Shown here piece by piece: positions 26,181 to 42,010 of a stretch of DNA of 64,000 nucleotides (the stretch's first letter is position 1; each line of letters opens with the position of its first letter). Under the pieces are notes generated by a model that saw only the letters and a program-made list of their open reading frames with translations, was not told the origin of the DNA and searched no databases. Source of the DNA: the human T2T-CHM13v2.0 reference genome, Homo sapiens; NCBI RefSeq assembly GCF_009914755.1, contig NC_060945.1. The stretch is one strand, 5' to 3'. Position numbers and translations under genes: made by a program.

Positions 26181-27231
26181 TATTTTGTTTTATTTCTTTA
26201 TTCCCCTATTTCCAAAGATAGCTTGGCACCCTTAAATTTCTCAAGATTTTCTCAAATGTAAGATGACAGAAATCACAACCATTATATTACCTTCTAAGCT
26301 TTACCTTCCTCTTGGTGGTCCCAAACTTCATGTGTAATGCCATGACCATTTAAGCAGTCATATAAATCAGACAACTGAAATCCACTTTACCCCACAATTC
26401 TTTGCAAATCTCCACCTGTTTGACCTTCTTACCATGTCTTTGATCTACCCACTTTTCTCTTTTCACCACCATTCTGTTCTATACATTGTCATAATCTCCC
26501 ATTTGAACTACTACAGTAACCTCTTAGTTCTTTCCAAACATCTCTCCTTGCCCTCACCTTCAAGCACTCCTTTGAAAGCTTATATCATAGAGATATATTT
26601 AAAATGAACAATATGTTCAAATTCACCTCATCCCCGTACCCACACCTTGCTTAAAACTTCAAAGTAGCTTACCATTGATCCTTAGTATAAATATAAAAAG
26701 CTTTCAATATAAATATAAAAGTCCTTAACATGAATATAAAGTTCTCTTGCTCTGATCACTGTCTACTTACAACAAGATTTTGTGTTCAGTTTTACCTTGC
26801 CCTCTGTATCCCATTGTCCCATTGGCTTGCCCAGGTTTTCGATTTGTTCCTCAATTACATCATGTTTCCTCCTACACAAAGCCTGAACATGTGCTGTCTA
26901 GAAATTATTTCTAATTTTATCCGCATCATTCTCCTATACATTGTTAAAAATATTCTTCATTTTGATCTCTGGTTAATAATAACTAACTCAAATATTTGAA
27001 TAATGCAATTTTCCCCTTCCCCGCTCTCACAATTTTTGGTAGCACTTCTTCAATGTGAGTTTTTTTACTTCACTTGTAAGATTTGTTGATTAATATCTAT
27101 TTTCCCAACTGAATTTTTATATCCATGAGTTCAAAGTGCTTGTCTGATTTTGCCTCCAGTGTTACCAAAAACTCATATTATAATACCTGTCTCACAGTAA
27201 GTGCTGAAAAATATTTGTCAAAATTATAAGT

Positions 27232-27370
27232 AATGATAAAGCTACAGTAAAGAAGACAATGTGTTATTGGTGGAAGAATAGACAAAAGTTTATTGGAACA
27301 AAATGGAGAATCCAAGAATAAACTCACATAAATTGAGTCAACTAATCTTAGAAAAAGAGAAGAGGTAAAA
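27232..27370 (+). mobile_element. L1M ORF2 fragment
   Basis: AAAGCTACAGTAAAGAAGACAATGTGTTATTGGTGGAAGAATAGAC corresponds to the L1 ORF2 KATVIKTVWYW..NR region. Confidence 0.7.
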
Positions 27371-27371
27371 T

Positions 27372-28251
<880 letters not shown>

Positions 28252-28261
28252 CTTTCACCTT

Positions 28262-28338
28262 CCTCACAATCATGACGGAAGGTGAAAGGCACATCTTACA
28301 TGGCAGCAGGCAAGAAACAGAATTAAAACCAAGCAAAA
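28262..28338 (-). mobile_element. THE1 LTR fragment
   Basis: CCTCACAATCATGACGGAAGGTGAAAGGCACATCTTACATGGCAGCAGGCAAG. Confidence 0.7.
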
Positions 28339-28525
28339 CTTCAACACATATTAGCAACAGTGCATCAAAATGAAACTTTCTTAAAGTTCATTTACTGTTA
28401 CGTAGCATGCAATTATACAATATTTCCTATGTATCCAAAATGTCACTGGCTTCTGCTCCCACTGGATTGATTAAATATATTTAACATATATATAAAATAT
28501 GTATAGTTTACATACATATAAATAT

Positions 28526-28953
28526 ATAGTAGATGCTTGAAGAACACAGGTTTGAATTGCACAGGTACCATTATGTGTGATTTTTTTTCTCTGCCATCCC
28601 TGAGTCACCAAGATAAATCCTTCCTTTTCCTCCTCCTCTTCAGACTAATCACAATGAGGATGAATACCTTTAGGGTGATTCCCTTTAATTTAGTGAACAG
28701 TAAGTATATTTTCTCTTGCTTATGATTGTCTTAATAACATTTTCTTTTCTCTAGCTTACTTTATTATAAGAATACAGTATACAATACATATAACATATAA
28801 AATATTTGTTAATATGCTGTTTATAGTATAGGTTAGGCTTCTGGTCAATGATAGGCTATTAATAGTGAAGTTTGGGAGGACTTAAAAGTTACATGCATAT
28901 TTTTGATGGTGTGGAGGTCAGCATGTTCACCCATGTTGTTCAAGGGTCAACTA
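28526..28953. mobile_element. Tigger2a (MER28) DNA transposon
   Basis: Degenerate TIRs TAGTAGATGCTTGAAGAACAC and GTTGTTCAAGGGTCAACTA. Confidence 0.78.
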
Positions 28954-31214
28954 CAAACCTGATAGCCCTTTGTGGATACTTGCTTCTACTTAGCCCATTG
29001 TATCATGTCCTTGTGGTGATTGTGCTCATTCATTATGAGAATTTCTTCAGCTTGAAGAACACCTGTTTCTGAATCTTCTCTGAGCTTTAGAAATATTAGC
29101 AAGGGAGGGAACTTAGATGGTTCTGTCCCTGATCTAACTTTCATTACGAAGTTCTGGATCAGAGAGTTCCTCTCTGGAGGATTACGCGTCACTTAACCGA
29201 TCATTGCTTCCGCAATCACAGACTCACCAAGGACAGTCATTATACTTCCTTCTGGAGTAATATCCCTTCTCCATTAAGATTCGACTTCTGCCCTGGAGAC
29301 TGAGGAACTAGTAATCCTGTCTCAAGATTGGGCGATTAACTTCAAATTGCTTTTCAACACTAGGTTGAAATAGTCTTCCCTGAGAACCTTCTCTTTATTT
29401 GCTCAGAGGTTGATAAGACATTCTAGCTGTTCCCTAATATATTTTCATAAAGCAAGCATAAGTGATATCAAATCATTATCTCAGGGTCACATACTGGTTA
29501 ATGTCCTCCATATCCTGTTAATTTAAGGTGAAAGTGAATTTTATGTCTGGAAACTGTTGTATGTCTTTGGTATCTTCCTTCTGCAGTGTGTCTGAATTGT
29601 AAGGTCAGAACTTAGGTCATTGAACTTGTTATATAAGGCCACCAAAGAATAGTAATTAAAAAAAACTAGCAGTTATCTTATTTGTAAAAGAAGACAGCTT
29701 GGTTGATGATATTTTTGTACCATTGACATCTAGAGTTTGAATATATGTGTTAAATTTGCTGCTACTGCAGCACTTGACCCTATTCACTAGGTGATGTCAA
29801 TTTTCTGATTCTAATACTATTGCTGACTTGAGGGGGAAGGTTGACTATTTCCATACAGTTTGACCTGTGATGATTTTAAATTGGAAACAGTGAGTAAGAC
29901 TAAAATCATGGGGGAATACTTTTTTTCTAATATTCTCTAGTAGTCATACGTAAATATAATAGTTCTAATGATTTAGTCAAAACCTAATTAATGTCAGTAA
30001 TGGAGAACAAATGTAACTAATAATGCAATCTTATAGACAGTATTATTTTAAGCTTCACTGTACATATGGATTTCTCTTTATGTGCCTATAGTCATATGTT
30101 TAAAAGCTTTATATTTATAAAAAAGTGATGACTTAATGTCAAGTTAAAACATAATATTTGAGCAATACTTCACTATTCCCATCTCATCAAACATGTACTT
30201 TTTCCTCTGGCTCTCCACATCCATTATGGCTCTCTTGACTTTTTTTCCTTTGTCAAATTCATTGTTATTATACTAATTATTATTATGACATAGCTTCCTT
30301 GATATGTTCTTGTCTGTTACCTCTCATCTAATTTGATCTATATATTTACCAAATTAATGCTTGGTACTTCTTAGTATTATAACCTTTATCAAGCCTCTTC
30401 ACCACTCAGCATAGATATATATGTACACATAAAAACACACATACAGTGGCTTTTCATTTCTTGTTAATTTCAAATTCTTCATACTCTTACTAACTCTCTG
30501 ATATAAACATTCCCTTCACATTCCTTATGTGATAAACACACACCCACTGTGATAAACGAGCAAAGTTTAAAGACCTCTTATCTTTGTTTTTCTGGTACAC
30601 AAACCTCTGTTTTAATTTATTACTTTGTCCTGGAATGCTTTTCCCTGAATTTTGAAGGGCAAATTCAATACAGGTATTACCTTGGGAAAGACCCCAAGAG
30701 CTATTGTTCCTTTTTGAGACATTCATAGAACTTTTAGTTCTATGCTTTAATGCCATTTATATTCTATTTTGTAATTTAATTATTATTTTGTGTATTAAAA
30801 TCATCTTTTTTACTTGATTACCATTGTAGAAAAGTTTTTATTTTCTTATAATTTTGTAGTACTGTGCACAGTCTTCTATAATAAATAAGACTTATTTGTT
30901 AAAAGTCCCTTGAACAATGAGTGAAATAATTCTCTTTAGTTAAAAGGCAGACTATATTTCTTTATATTGTAAGAAAATGGAATCCTCTTACAAAGAGAAT
31001 GTCTGAAGGAGGCCACTGATTTTTATTTCTTTGAGATATTATTTTACCCAAAATTTCAGTACAGTTTTGCCAACAGTAACTCTAAAAGCATCTTCTAATG
31101 TTGGTCTCTTTATTATCTCCAGTTCCAAAATGGTATCATTCTTTGATAAACACAGATTTTGAGAAACAAAACATTTGAATGTGGAGATGGAGAAAGACAG
31201 AGTGTTCAAGGAAT

Positions 31215-31585
31215 ATATATTAATCCGTTCTCACACTGCTAATGAAGACATACCCAAGACTGGGTAATATAAAGGAAAGAGGTTTAATTGACTCACAGTT
31301 CTGCATGGCTGTGGAGGCCTCAGGAAACTTACAATCATGGTGGAAGGGAAAGTAAACATGTCCTTCGTCAGAAGGTGGCAGGAGATAGAAGTGCCAAGCA
31401 AAAGGTAGAAAGTCCTTTATAAAACCATCAGATCTCGTGAGAACTCACTATCATGAGAACAACATGGGGGGAACCACCCCCATGATTCAACTACCACCCA
31501 TGGGGACCATCCCGTGACATGTGGGGATTATGGGAACCACAATTGAAGATGATAATTTGGTTAGGGACAAAGCCAAACCATATCA
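31215..31585 (-). mobile_element. THE1 (B/C-like) solo LTR
   Basis: TAATCCGTTCTCACACTGCTAATGAAGACATACCCAAGACTGGG...AGCCAAACCATATCA. Confidence 0.88.
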
Positions 31586-31853
31586 CAATGTTCTTGGCTC
31601 AGTGAAGTATAAACCAAATTTATTTATTGTGATTTAGGATGTAGGGTTATATCCTAGGAAAAGAATACATAAACAATGTTTAATGTTTTATACAGTTGTC
31701 ATTGTTGGTATGAAAAAGAAACCTATCTTTTTTAAGTATTAAGGAGAGCAAGAAACTAATAATATTTTGCAGCTAGTAGCTCTGATTATCTGTGGAGACC
31801 TCAAAAATGGCAAAATGGCCTCTTAAAAAATTGATATTTATTAAGACTATATA

Positions 31854-31888
31854 TTTGGTTGGTACAAAAGTCATTGTGATTTTTGCTA
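31854..31888 (+). mobile_element. MADE1 half element
   Basis: TTTGGTTGGTACAAAAGTCATTGTGATTTTTGC resembles the Hsmar1 TIR. Confidence 0.55.
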
Positions 31889-33044
31889 AACATCTGTTGT
31901 CACAGATCTCAAATTGCTTACTAGAAGTTATAAACAACATGAAATTATGCTATTTATTTATTATGCCAGGCTTCTCCAGAACACGCTAAGTAAAACTGGT
32001 ATAACTTTGATAATTTTAAGCTGGAATTTCTCAAATCTACTTAAGATTGCAATGATTCCTAAAACCATCTTTTTTTTTTCAAGAACAGTGCAGCCAGCCT
32101 CTGGGTTTATTTTATCAGATACAGATTCAGAATCAGCCTTCTTAGAGGCTGAATTGCCACATGCTACTGAATTAATTAAGACACTGACTTCAGTCTAAGA
32201 GCGTTGGATTCAGCGGAAGCACAAATGGCCCTGCGGCAGCTTTTCCCTGTGGCTATCATAGTTCTCCACTACGTTTCTATCTTTTGCATCGTATCAATAT
32301 TCCCATCCCTCTCAGAAGTGGATTAAAACTATCTCTTTGCAATAATGAAATTAAATCACCTAAGAAGTTTGCATCATTTTTGCTGAGAAGTGAAGGAGAA
32401 GCATTTGTTAGCACTAATCTGAAAGTTTCTAGTGATTTATTAACATTTTCTTTCTTTGAAAGTACGACTGAAAACTGAATGATAAATGATTTCTGAAGAT
32501 TGGAAATTCAGGCACAAGGCTTTTTCAGGGCTATTCCCAATAATACAAGGTAAAAAAAAAATCAAATTTCTTAACTTTTTAAAACCAATATCACATTTTC
32601 CAACATGATGCTACCATCTATTTTTTAAGACATCTTCCTACTCCAGGGCAGAAATATAATTGGAATAAATCTGCAAACATTCCAAGACTGCTGTATCAAG
32701 TCTGCAAGAATTCACCTCAAATTAGATAAAATACATGTAATTTGTGATGCCTCTGTTGCAAAAGCAAAAAGAAATATTCCGTGTCCCTAGGGTTGTCAAT
32801 TGTTACTGAATTTTGATTTATACAAATATAACCATAGCAGAACCACTTTGTCACCTAGTGGAAAATGGCTTTCCATGGTGTGAAATTCACTTAAATTTGG
32901 ATGCTTTTGTAACATCTAGCAATTATTGACTTTTCCAATTTTTGCAAGTGTATTTCTTTAAACACAAGTGGTCTTTTCTATCTTTCCTTGCCACTTAGAA
33001 TGGGAAAGGTGTTCAGCTTCAGATTTTCTGGTTATACTTTTTAA

Positions 33045-33760
<716 letters not shown>

Positions 33761-33989
33761 GATACTTAAACTGCATTTATCTACTGAGTAACAATTTCAT
33801 CAATAAACTGAAATGAAAAAGAAATTTAAAGCTGTGGCTGATAGTTCAGGAGTCATGACATTCCTTACTATCTTTATCACTGTGAATTTATCACTTTTAC
33901 TCATTAAAATTCTCTTAGACAAAGAAACACATATATATATGCATGCAAATCAAAGGAACTAAGTATGAAGAGCAAGGAAAAAACACTGC

Positions 33990-34200
33990 AGACTGGTTGG
34001 CTAGGCTTGAATTCTGGTAGCAGTCACATGCTTTTGGAAGACTTTGTAATTTTCATTATGTCTTAGTTACTTCATGTATCAAATGGAGAAGATAATAGTA
34101 CTTACCTGGTAGGGATGTGTAGAGAATTAAATATGTTAATGGATGTAAAGAGATTAGAATAGTTTATGGCACACAATAAGGGCATAATATGTGCTACCTA
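33990..34200 (+). mobile_element. MIR
   Basis: TCTTAGTTACTTCATGTATCAAATGGAGAAGATAATAGTACTTACCT, MIR core. Confidence 0.6.
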
Positions 34201-35853
34201 TTTCAATTTATATCACAGGGAATGAAACTCTAGAATATTTGGGTCTGCTCTCATTGACAGCACATTAGTCTAAATACCTGCAAGGCCGGTAACATGCTGA
34301 TAACTTTAATAATGTGTTTCTGTGAATCACAGAATATGCTGCATCGATTTGGCTGTAAGTTGTAATTCTCCTATTCTATCAAATTGTATACTTCACTGAG
34401 TGAACTCCTGTGTATTGGACCATGTATTAAATTGAGTGGGACAGGGTTAGGGGAAATATGTTTAACTTTCTTAACAAGTAAGTCACAAACCTGAAATCAT
34501 CCTTCACTTTATATTGTCTCTTTCCCCATATTAAAATTTTTACTAGATCTTATTGATTTTGCCTTCAAAATTTATTTTAAAATGTGTTTATTTCCATCTT
34601 TTTCTGAAGACCACATTATTTCTTGCTGGGAACAGATGTAAATATTTTCTCCATCTTAGAGTCTTCCTAAGTACAAACTGGATATCCATATTGCTGACAG
34701 AGTCATCTCTTTAATATCATAATCAAATCATTTTCTCTCCTTACATAGATGTATTCAGGAATTTCACATTGCTTTCCAAATAAACGTAAAAGCCTGTAAC
34801 ATTTCAAACAAAACCTTTATATTTTGGTCCTATAATTTTAGGCTTATCATCTGTCATGTTCCCAAATGTTTCCCCCTTTCTCTTAATGACCCATTCCTGG
34901 CTACTTTTTCTTCTACCTTCTTGTCCTTTGTGGATACTCTTAGCAGTAGCAGTAATAATTTTCATGTCTTACCTGTGGACACCATTATACTTGTACTTCG
35001 AGGCTCATATTTTTATTTTTAACCCTCTAGCTCAGAATGAGTTAGAGCTTTGATTTATATTTTTAAATCACTCTGCATATTAGTTCTTATTAGTTCTATT
35101 AGTTTCTATATTGTGAATGGGGGAAATTATTTACCAAAAAAAATCCATCATTCTTTTGAGGGCAAAGTTTGAATTTTGTCCTTAGAATCCCTAAGTTTAA
35201 CATAATCCATTGCACTAGGAGACAATCACTAAATGATTGTTGATCAAGGGACTCATTCAATTTTATATTATTAATACTTGATATCAGATTTAACCCCCTG
35301 TCTTATAGCTATCTGGGTTTTTCCTGAGTCAAGTGCCTAGGGTTTAAGAATATTAATTTTTCCACAGTCTTAACTTGCTGAGATTTTATGCTTTAAAATA
35401 CTTTCCCTAGATCAGTTTTCTATCTTAAGGTTTTAGAAATTGAATTTTCAGGTTTGAGCTGCTGTTCAGTTTCCCTCCTTCACGGATCTTGACCATTTCT
35501 TTTTTTTTCTAGGCTGAAATGTTTCTTCAGTCCTTAGGTTATAGCCATGAATGATTTCTTTGGGTAAGTACCCTATAGATACATCTAAGTGGTATTAATA
35601 AGAATTCAATATCCTAAGTTTGTGAGCACAAAAGTCATTGTTTAAAGCCTTTGAGAGGCTTTAATATTGAAAACATTGTAAAGCACAGAAGAACATACTG
35701 GAGAAATAAACATAATTATTAGAACTACATAGTTTTCTATGGGAAAAGAGTGACAACTTTGAATTTCTTATTTGTTATGCACTCCTAAGAATGACTTAAA
35801 TTTTTTTTGAATTGCTTACTAATTTTACTTTTGAATTAAAAATAGTTACTTTC

Positions 35854-37120
35854 ATTGTGGTTTTTATTTGCATTTCTCTGATGGCCAGTGATGATGAGCA
35901 TTTTTTCATGTGTTTTTTGGCTGCATAAATGTCTTCTTTTGAGAAGTGCCTGTTCATATCCTTCGCCCAATTGTTGATGGGGTTGTTTGTTTTTTTCTTG
36001 TAAATTTGTTTGAGTTCATTGTAGATTCTGGATATTAGCCCTTTGTCAGATGAGTAGGTTGCGAAAATTTTCTCCCATTTTGTAGGTTGCCTGTTCACTC
36101 TGATGATAGTTTCTTTTGCTGTGCAGAAGCTCTTTAGTTTAATTAGATCCCATTTGTCAATTTTGGCTTTTGTTGCCATTGCTTTTGGTGTTTTAGACAT
36201 GAAGTCCTTGCCCATGCCTATGTCCTGAATGGTATTGCCTAGGTTTTCTTCTAGGGTTTTTATGGTTTTAGGTCTAACATGTAAGTCTTTAATCCATCTT
36301 GAATTAATTTTTGTATAAGGTTTAAGGAAGGGATCCAGTTTCAGCTTTCTACATATGGCTAAACAGTTTTCCCAGCACCATTTGTTAAATAGGGAATCCT
36401 TTCCCCATTGCTTGTATCTCACACCAGTTAGAATGGTGATCATTAAAAAGCCAGGAAACAACAGGTGCTGGAGAGGATGTGGAGAAATAGGAACACTTTT
36501 ACACTGTTGGTGGGACTGTAAACTAGTTCAACCATTGTGGAAGTCAGTGTGGTGATTCCTCAGGGATCTAGAACTAGAAATACCATTTGACCCAGCCATC
36601 CCATTACTGGGTGTATACCCAAAGGATTATAAATCATGCTGCTATAAAGACACATGCACACATATGTTTATTGCGGCACTATTCACAATAGCAAAGACTT
36701 GGAACCAACCCAAATGTCTAACAACGATAGACTGGATTAAGAAAATGTAGCACATATACACCATGGAATACTATGCAGCCATAAAAAATGAAGAGTTCAT
36801 GTCCTTTTTAGGGACATGGATGAAACTGGAAACCATCATTCTCGCAAACTATCGCAAGGACTAAAAACCAAACACCGCATGTTCTCACTCATAGGTGGGA
36901 ACTGAACAATGAGAACACATGGACACAGGAAGGGGAACATCACACTCCAGGGACTGTTGTGGGGTGGGGGGAGTGGGGAGGGATAGCATTAGGGGATATA
37001 CCTAATGCTAAATGATGAGTTAATGGGTGCAGCACAGCAACATGGCACATGTATACATATGTACCAAACCTGCACATTGTGCACATGCATCCTAAAACTT
37101 AAAGTATGATAATAATAATA
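35854..37120 (+). mobile_element. L1PA (PA3/PA4-like), 5'-truncated with 5' inversion
   Basis: ORF2 antisense at 35854-36415 and sense ORF2 end + 3'UTR + tail at 36416-37120; TSD AAAATAGTTACTTTC (35839-35853) / AAAGTAGCTACTTTC (37121-37135). Confidence 0.95.
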
Positions 37121-37225
37121 AAAGTAGCTACTTTCTGTGTTCAATTGCCTCAACAATTGAATATTTTTGTTGAATATTAAATTACAAGATGCTTTTCTTT
37201 TGTGTTTGGAATACAATATGTCTCA

Positions 37226-37309
37226 AATATATCTCAAATGTATCCAAAATACCATTTGAGATATAATGAGATATATAAAATGGTATTTTAGATACATTTG
37301 AGATATATT
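37226..37309. repeat. Inverted repeat, 32-bp arms, 20-nt spacer
   Basis: AATATATCTCAAATGTATCCAAAATACCATTT / AAATGGTATTTTAGATACATTTGAGATATATT (1 mismatch). Confidence 0.92.
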
Positions 37310-38032
37310 ATATTCTTTTAATATTTGATGATTTGGGGGCTAGAGCTTGGAAATGAAAATTACAATCTAAAATGTCCATTTTTACTTTCCTCCAATGCCA
37401 GTGGTCTTCATTAAGGTATAGGCAACTGACTGCTGGACTTTAATCAGATCATAAGTCCTTAGTAGTATGAGAGATGCATTGGGTACTTTAAAATTGGAGA
37501 ATACTTTTATTTTTTCCTTATTTGAGGAATTATTAATTATTGAGTAATTTTATCAATATTTGAGTATTTACTAACTCAATTACTCAAATATTTATTTTTC
37601 ACACAGAATGTGTTAAATCCTTTTGAAATCTTAGCAAAAATAAGCCTCGTCTCTTGAACGAGAAATTGATTTTCTCTACTAACAAATGGAACTTGAACCT
37701 CGATATGCGTGAGTTCAATTTTAAACTCCAAATCTATGATATTTGAGTAAGTGTTACGTTTGCCAAATTGTGTTCTTCCATCCCTAAAGCTATTAGTTCC
37801 AAGTCCTGCCAATAGGAAGATCAAAGAAATACAAAGAAAAAAATCAATATATGATTGAGCTTCTTCACCCCATCTTCATTAAGAGAATACATAGTATAAT
37901 TTAATTCTGCAGCATATATTTGAAAATGGACAACCAAAGGTGCTACTAAAATTGAGCATTGTCTGATTCTAACTCTTTTGGAAAGCGGTCTTTTTAACTT
38001 GGCCAAGTCTATAATGATGGTAAACACACTAA

Positions 38033-38059
38033 ACACACACACACACACACACACACACA
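38033..38059. repeat. (CA)n microsatellite
   Basis: Direct read. Confidence 0.95.
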
Positions 38060-38665
38060 GCTATATAAAACCTAGTGTTGTTAATAAGAATAAAATGAAC
38101 ACCAAGGAATTCCTCATCCAAATTAAGAGATCCCTTATGTTGATGTCAGTCCCTTTCTCTGATAATATATTCTTCCTCCTCACCAGGGTTAAACACTATC
38201 CTTCTTTTTCCTTTAATCATTCTGATTTTTTTCAGTTTTTCACTCATGCATTTTTTTCTGAGGCATTCATTGTTAGGTATGGCATGGCTTTAAATTTTGT
38301 GTAAGTTCAATCATACTTTATGTATTCTGTTATTTTCACCTTGTTGCTCTGTATAGTTTTATATAGTTCATTTTCAGTTCTGAATACTACTCTACTGTAT
38401 CAATATAGCCAAAATGTCTTCTCATTCTAGTCTTGATGGATATTGGGATATCCTCAGTATGTTACTAAGATAAACAATGGCACTATGAATTATATTGTGC
38501 TTTCAACAGAATACACATGCATAAATTTATCTCAACCAAATACTTATAAATGGAATTGCTCCACTTTACTAAGAGTTGTTAAAGTATTATTCCAAGAACA
38601 TTTCCTAGCCTACTCTTTACATAGCTGTGTATAAAAGCTCTCCTTGCTGTGCTTACTTGTGAATA

Positions 38666-38744
38666 TTAGGTTGGTGCAAAAGTAATTGTGGTTTTTGCTG
38701 TTATCTGCAATGGCAAAAAATGCATTACTTTTGCACCAACCTGA
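38666..38744. mobile_element. MADE1 (Hsmar1 MITE), full length
   Basis: TA|TTAGGTTGGTGCAAAAGTAATTGTGG...CATTACTTTTGCACCAACCTGA, ~80-bp palindromic element. Confidence 0.9.
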
Positions 38745-38761
38745 AATTTAATATTGTAGAT

Positions 38762-39128
38762 TGATATGGTTTGGCTGCGTTCCCAGCCAAATCTCATCTT
38801 GAATTGTAGTTCCCATAATCCGCAAATGTAGTGGGAGGGACGCAGTGTGAGGTGATTGAATCATGAGGTCCGTTACTCCCATGCTGCTGTTCTGGTGATA
38901 GTGAGTTCTCAGGAGATCTGATGGTTTTATAGCAGGCTTTTCCCCCTTTTGCTCTGCACTTCTCTTTGTTGCTGCCATGTGAAGGACATGGTTGCTTCCT
39001 TTTCCACCATGATTGTAAGTTTCCTGAGGCCTCCCCCACCATGCTGAACTGTGAGTCAATTAAACCTGTTTCCTTTGTAAATTACACAGTCTCAAGTATG
39101 TCCTTATTAGCAGCATGAGAACAAATAC
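38762..39128 (+). mobile_element. THE1 (B/C-like) solo LTR
   Basis: TGATATGGTTTGGCTGCGTTCCCAGCCAAATCTCATCTTGAATTGTAG...GAGTCAATTAAACC. Confidence 0.88.
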
Positions 39129-39404
39129 CTAGATCTTTAAAACGTGTTGAATAACATAATAAAATTGTATCTCAGAATTTTAAAATGAATCTCTCAATTT
39201 AATTGAACAGAAATTCATTTTTATCACATCATTTTATGATTTAATACATGTATGATACTTTTAAAAATTTTATTTTTTAAAGCTGAGTTTTCTTTCTTAT
39301 TAATCATAGCAATACTTTACATATTCTTGGTGTAAGTACATTGTGATGTAGATCAAAAACATCTTCTCCTAATTTAATATTTTTAAAGTATTCCATTGTA
39401 AAGC

Positions 39405-39641
39405 TTTTTTTTTTTTTTTTGGAGACAGTCTCGCTCTGCCGCCAGGCTGGAATGCAGTGGCGCGATCTTCGCTCACTGCTAACTCCGCCTCCCGGGTTCA
39501 CGCTATTCTCCTCCCTCAGCCTCCCTAGAGACGGGGTTTCACCGTGTTAGCCAGGATGGTCTCGATCTCCTGATCTCGTGTTCTGCCCGCCTCAGCCTCC
39601 CAAAGTGCTGGGATTACAGGCACGAGCCACCGTGCCCGGCC
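39405..39641 (-). mobile_element. AluY with an internal deletion
   Basis: AluY diagnostics (GGGTTCACGC, CCGTGTTAGCCAGGATGG); jumps CAGCCTCCC|TAGAGACGG at 39525/39526. Confidence 0.9.
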
Positions 39642-40537
39642 TGTAATGAATTTTATTTAAAAAAAAATTGTAACTTTATGCTCAAATCAATTTTACTTTA
39701 AATTTTAATGGTACTATTGAAGCATTTGCCTAGGAAACATTTGTGCAATATGTAGATTTCTGTAATTATTTATTCACTTTTCCTTTATAATTTGCATTTT
39801 CAGAGTCACATTTAAGATATTATTTCCTACACTAAAGATTTGAAAATATTTTCTTGTGTTTTTAAAAAATGTTCTTAATGTGGTATTTTGCATTAGTGTA
39901 TTGAATATCCCTTTAATTGATTTTTGACTATGGTATAAAGTATGAATCGAAATTAATTTATTTCCATATTAGCCCATTTTCCCAAGACTAAGAAAAATCT
40001 GCCCTTTCACTACAAATATAAAATATTCCTGTGTTATTGATCAAGTACACGTATGTTTCTGGACTTCTTATTGTGTTCCATTAGTCTATTTATACTTATA
40101 TACAGTATATTACTGTGTAGTATACTATATAGTATACTATTTATATAGTATAAATACCATATATACTATTTATAGCTGCATATAGCTTTACAATGAGTTT
40201 TGATAACTGACATTGAAATAACTTACAAAGACTTATTGTCTTCTTTTTCTTCTTGAAGTATGTTTCAGATATAGCTTGTCAAAGGCACTTCCACATCAAT
40301 TTTAGAATTATCTTATTAAGAAACTCTCTCACACACAGACACACACACACACTGTCAGTATTAAGTTGAAATTCAGTTGAAATCTCACTGAGTCTACATG
40401 TCAGTTTGGAGAAAACTTTCATATAGTAATACAGTACATGAAGATGTATATCCTTCTATTTAATTACATCTTCTAAAGTAGAAAAATTTTATATGTTTTT
40501 CTAATTGTTTTTAAAATATTTCGTGATAAATTAATAC

Positions 40538-42010
<1,473 letters not shown>

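Noticed and set aside
40085-40190. Nested TATA/AGTATACT palindromes
   Set aside because: Low-complexity AT expansion inside old L1; short palindromes are expected by chance
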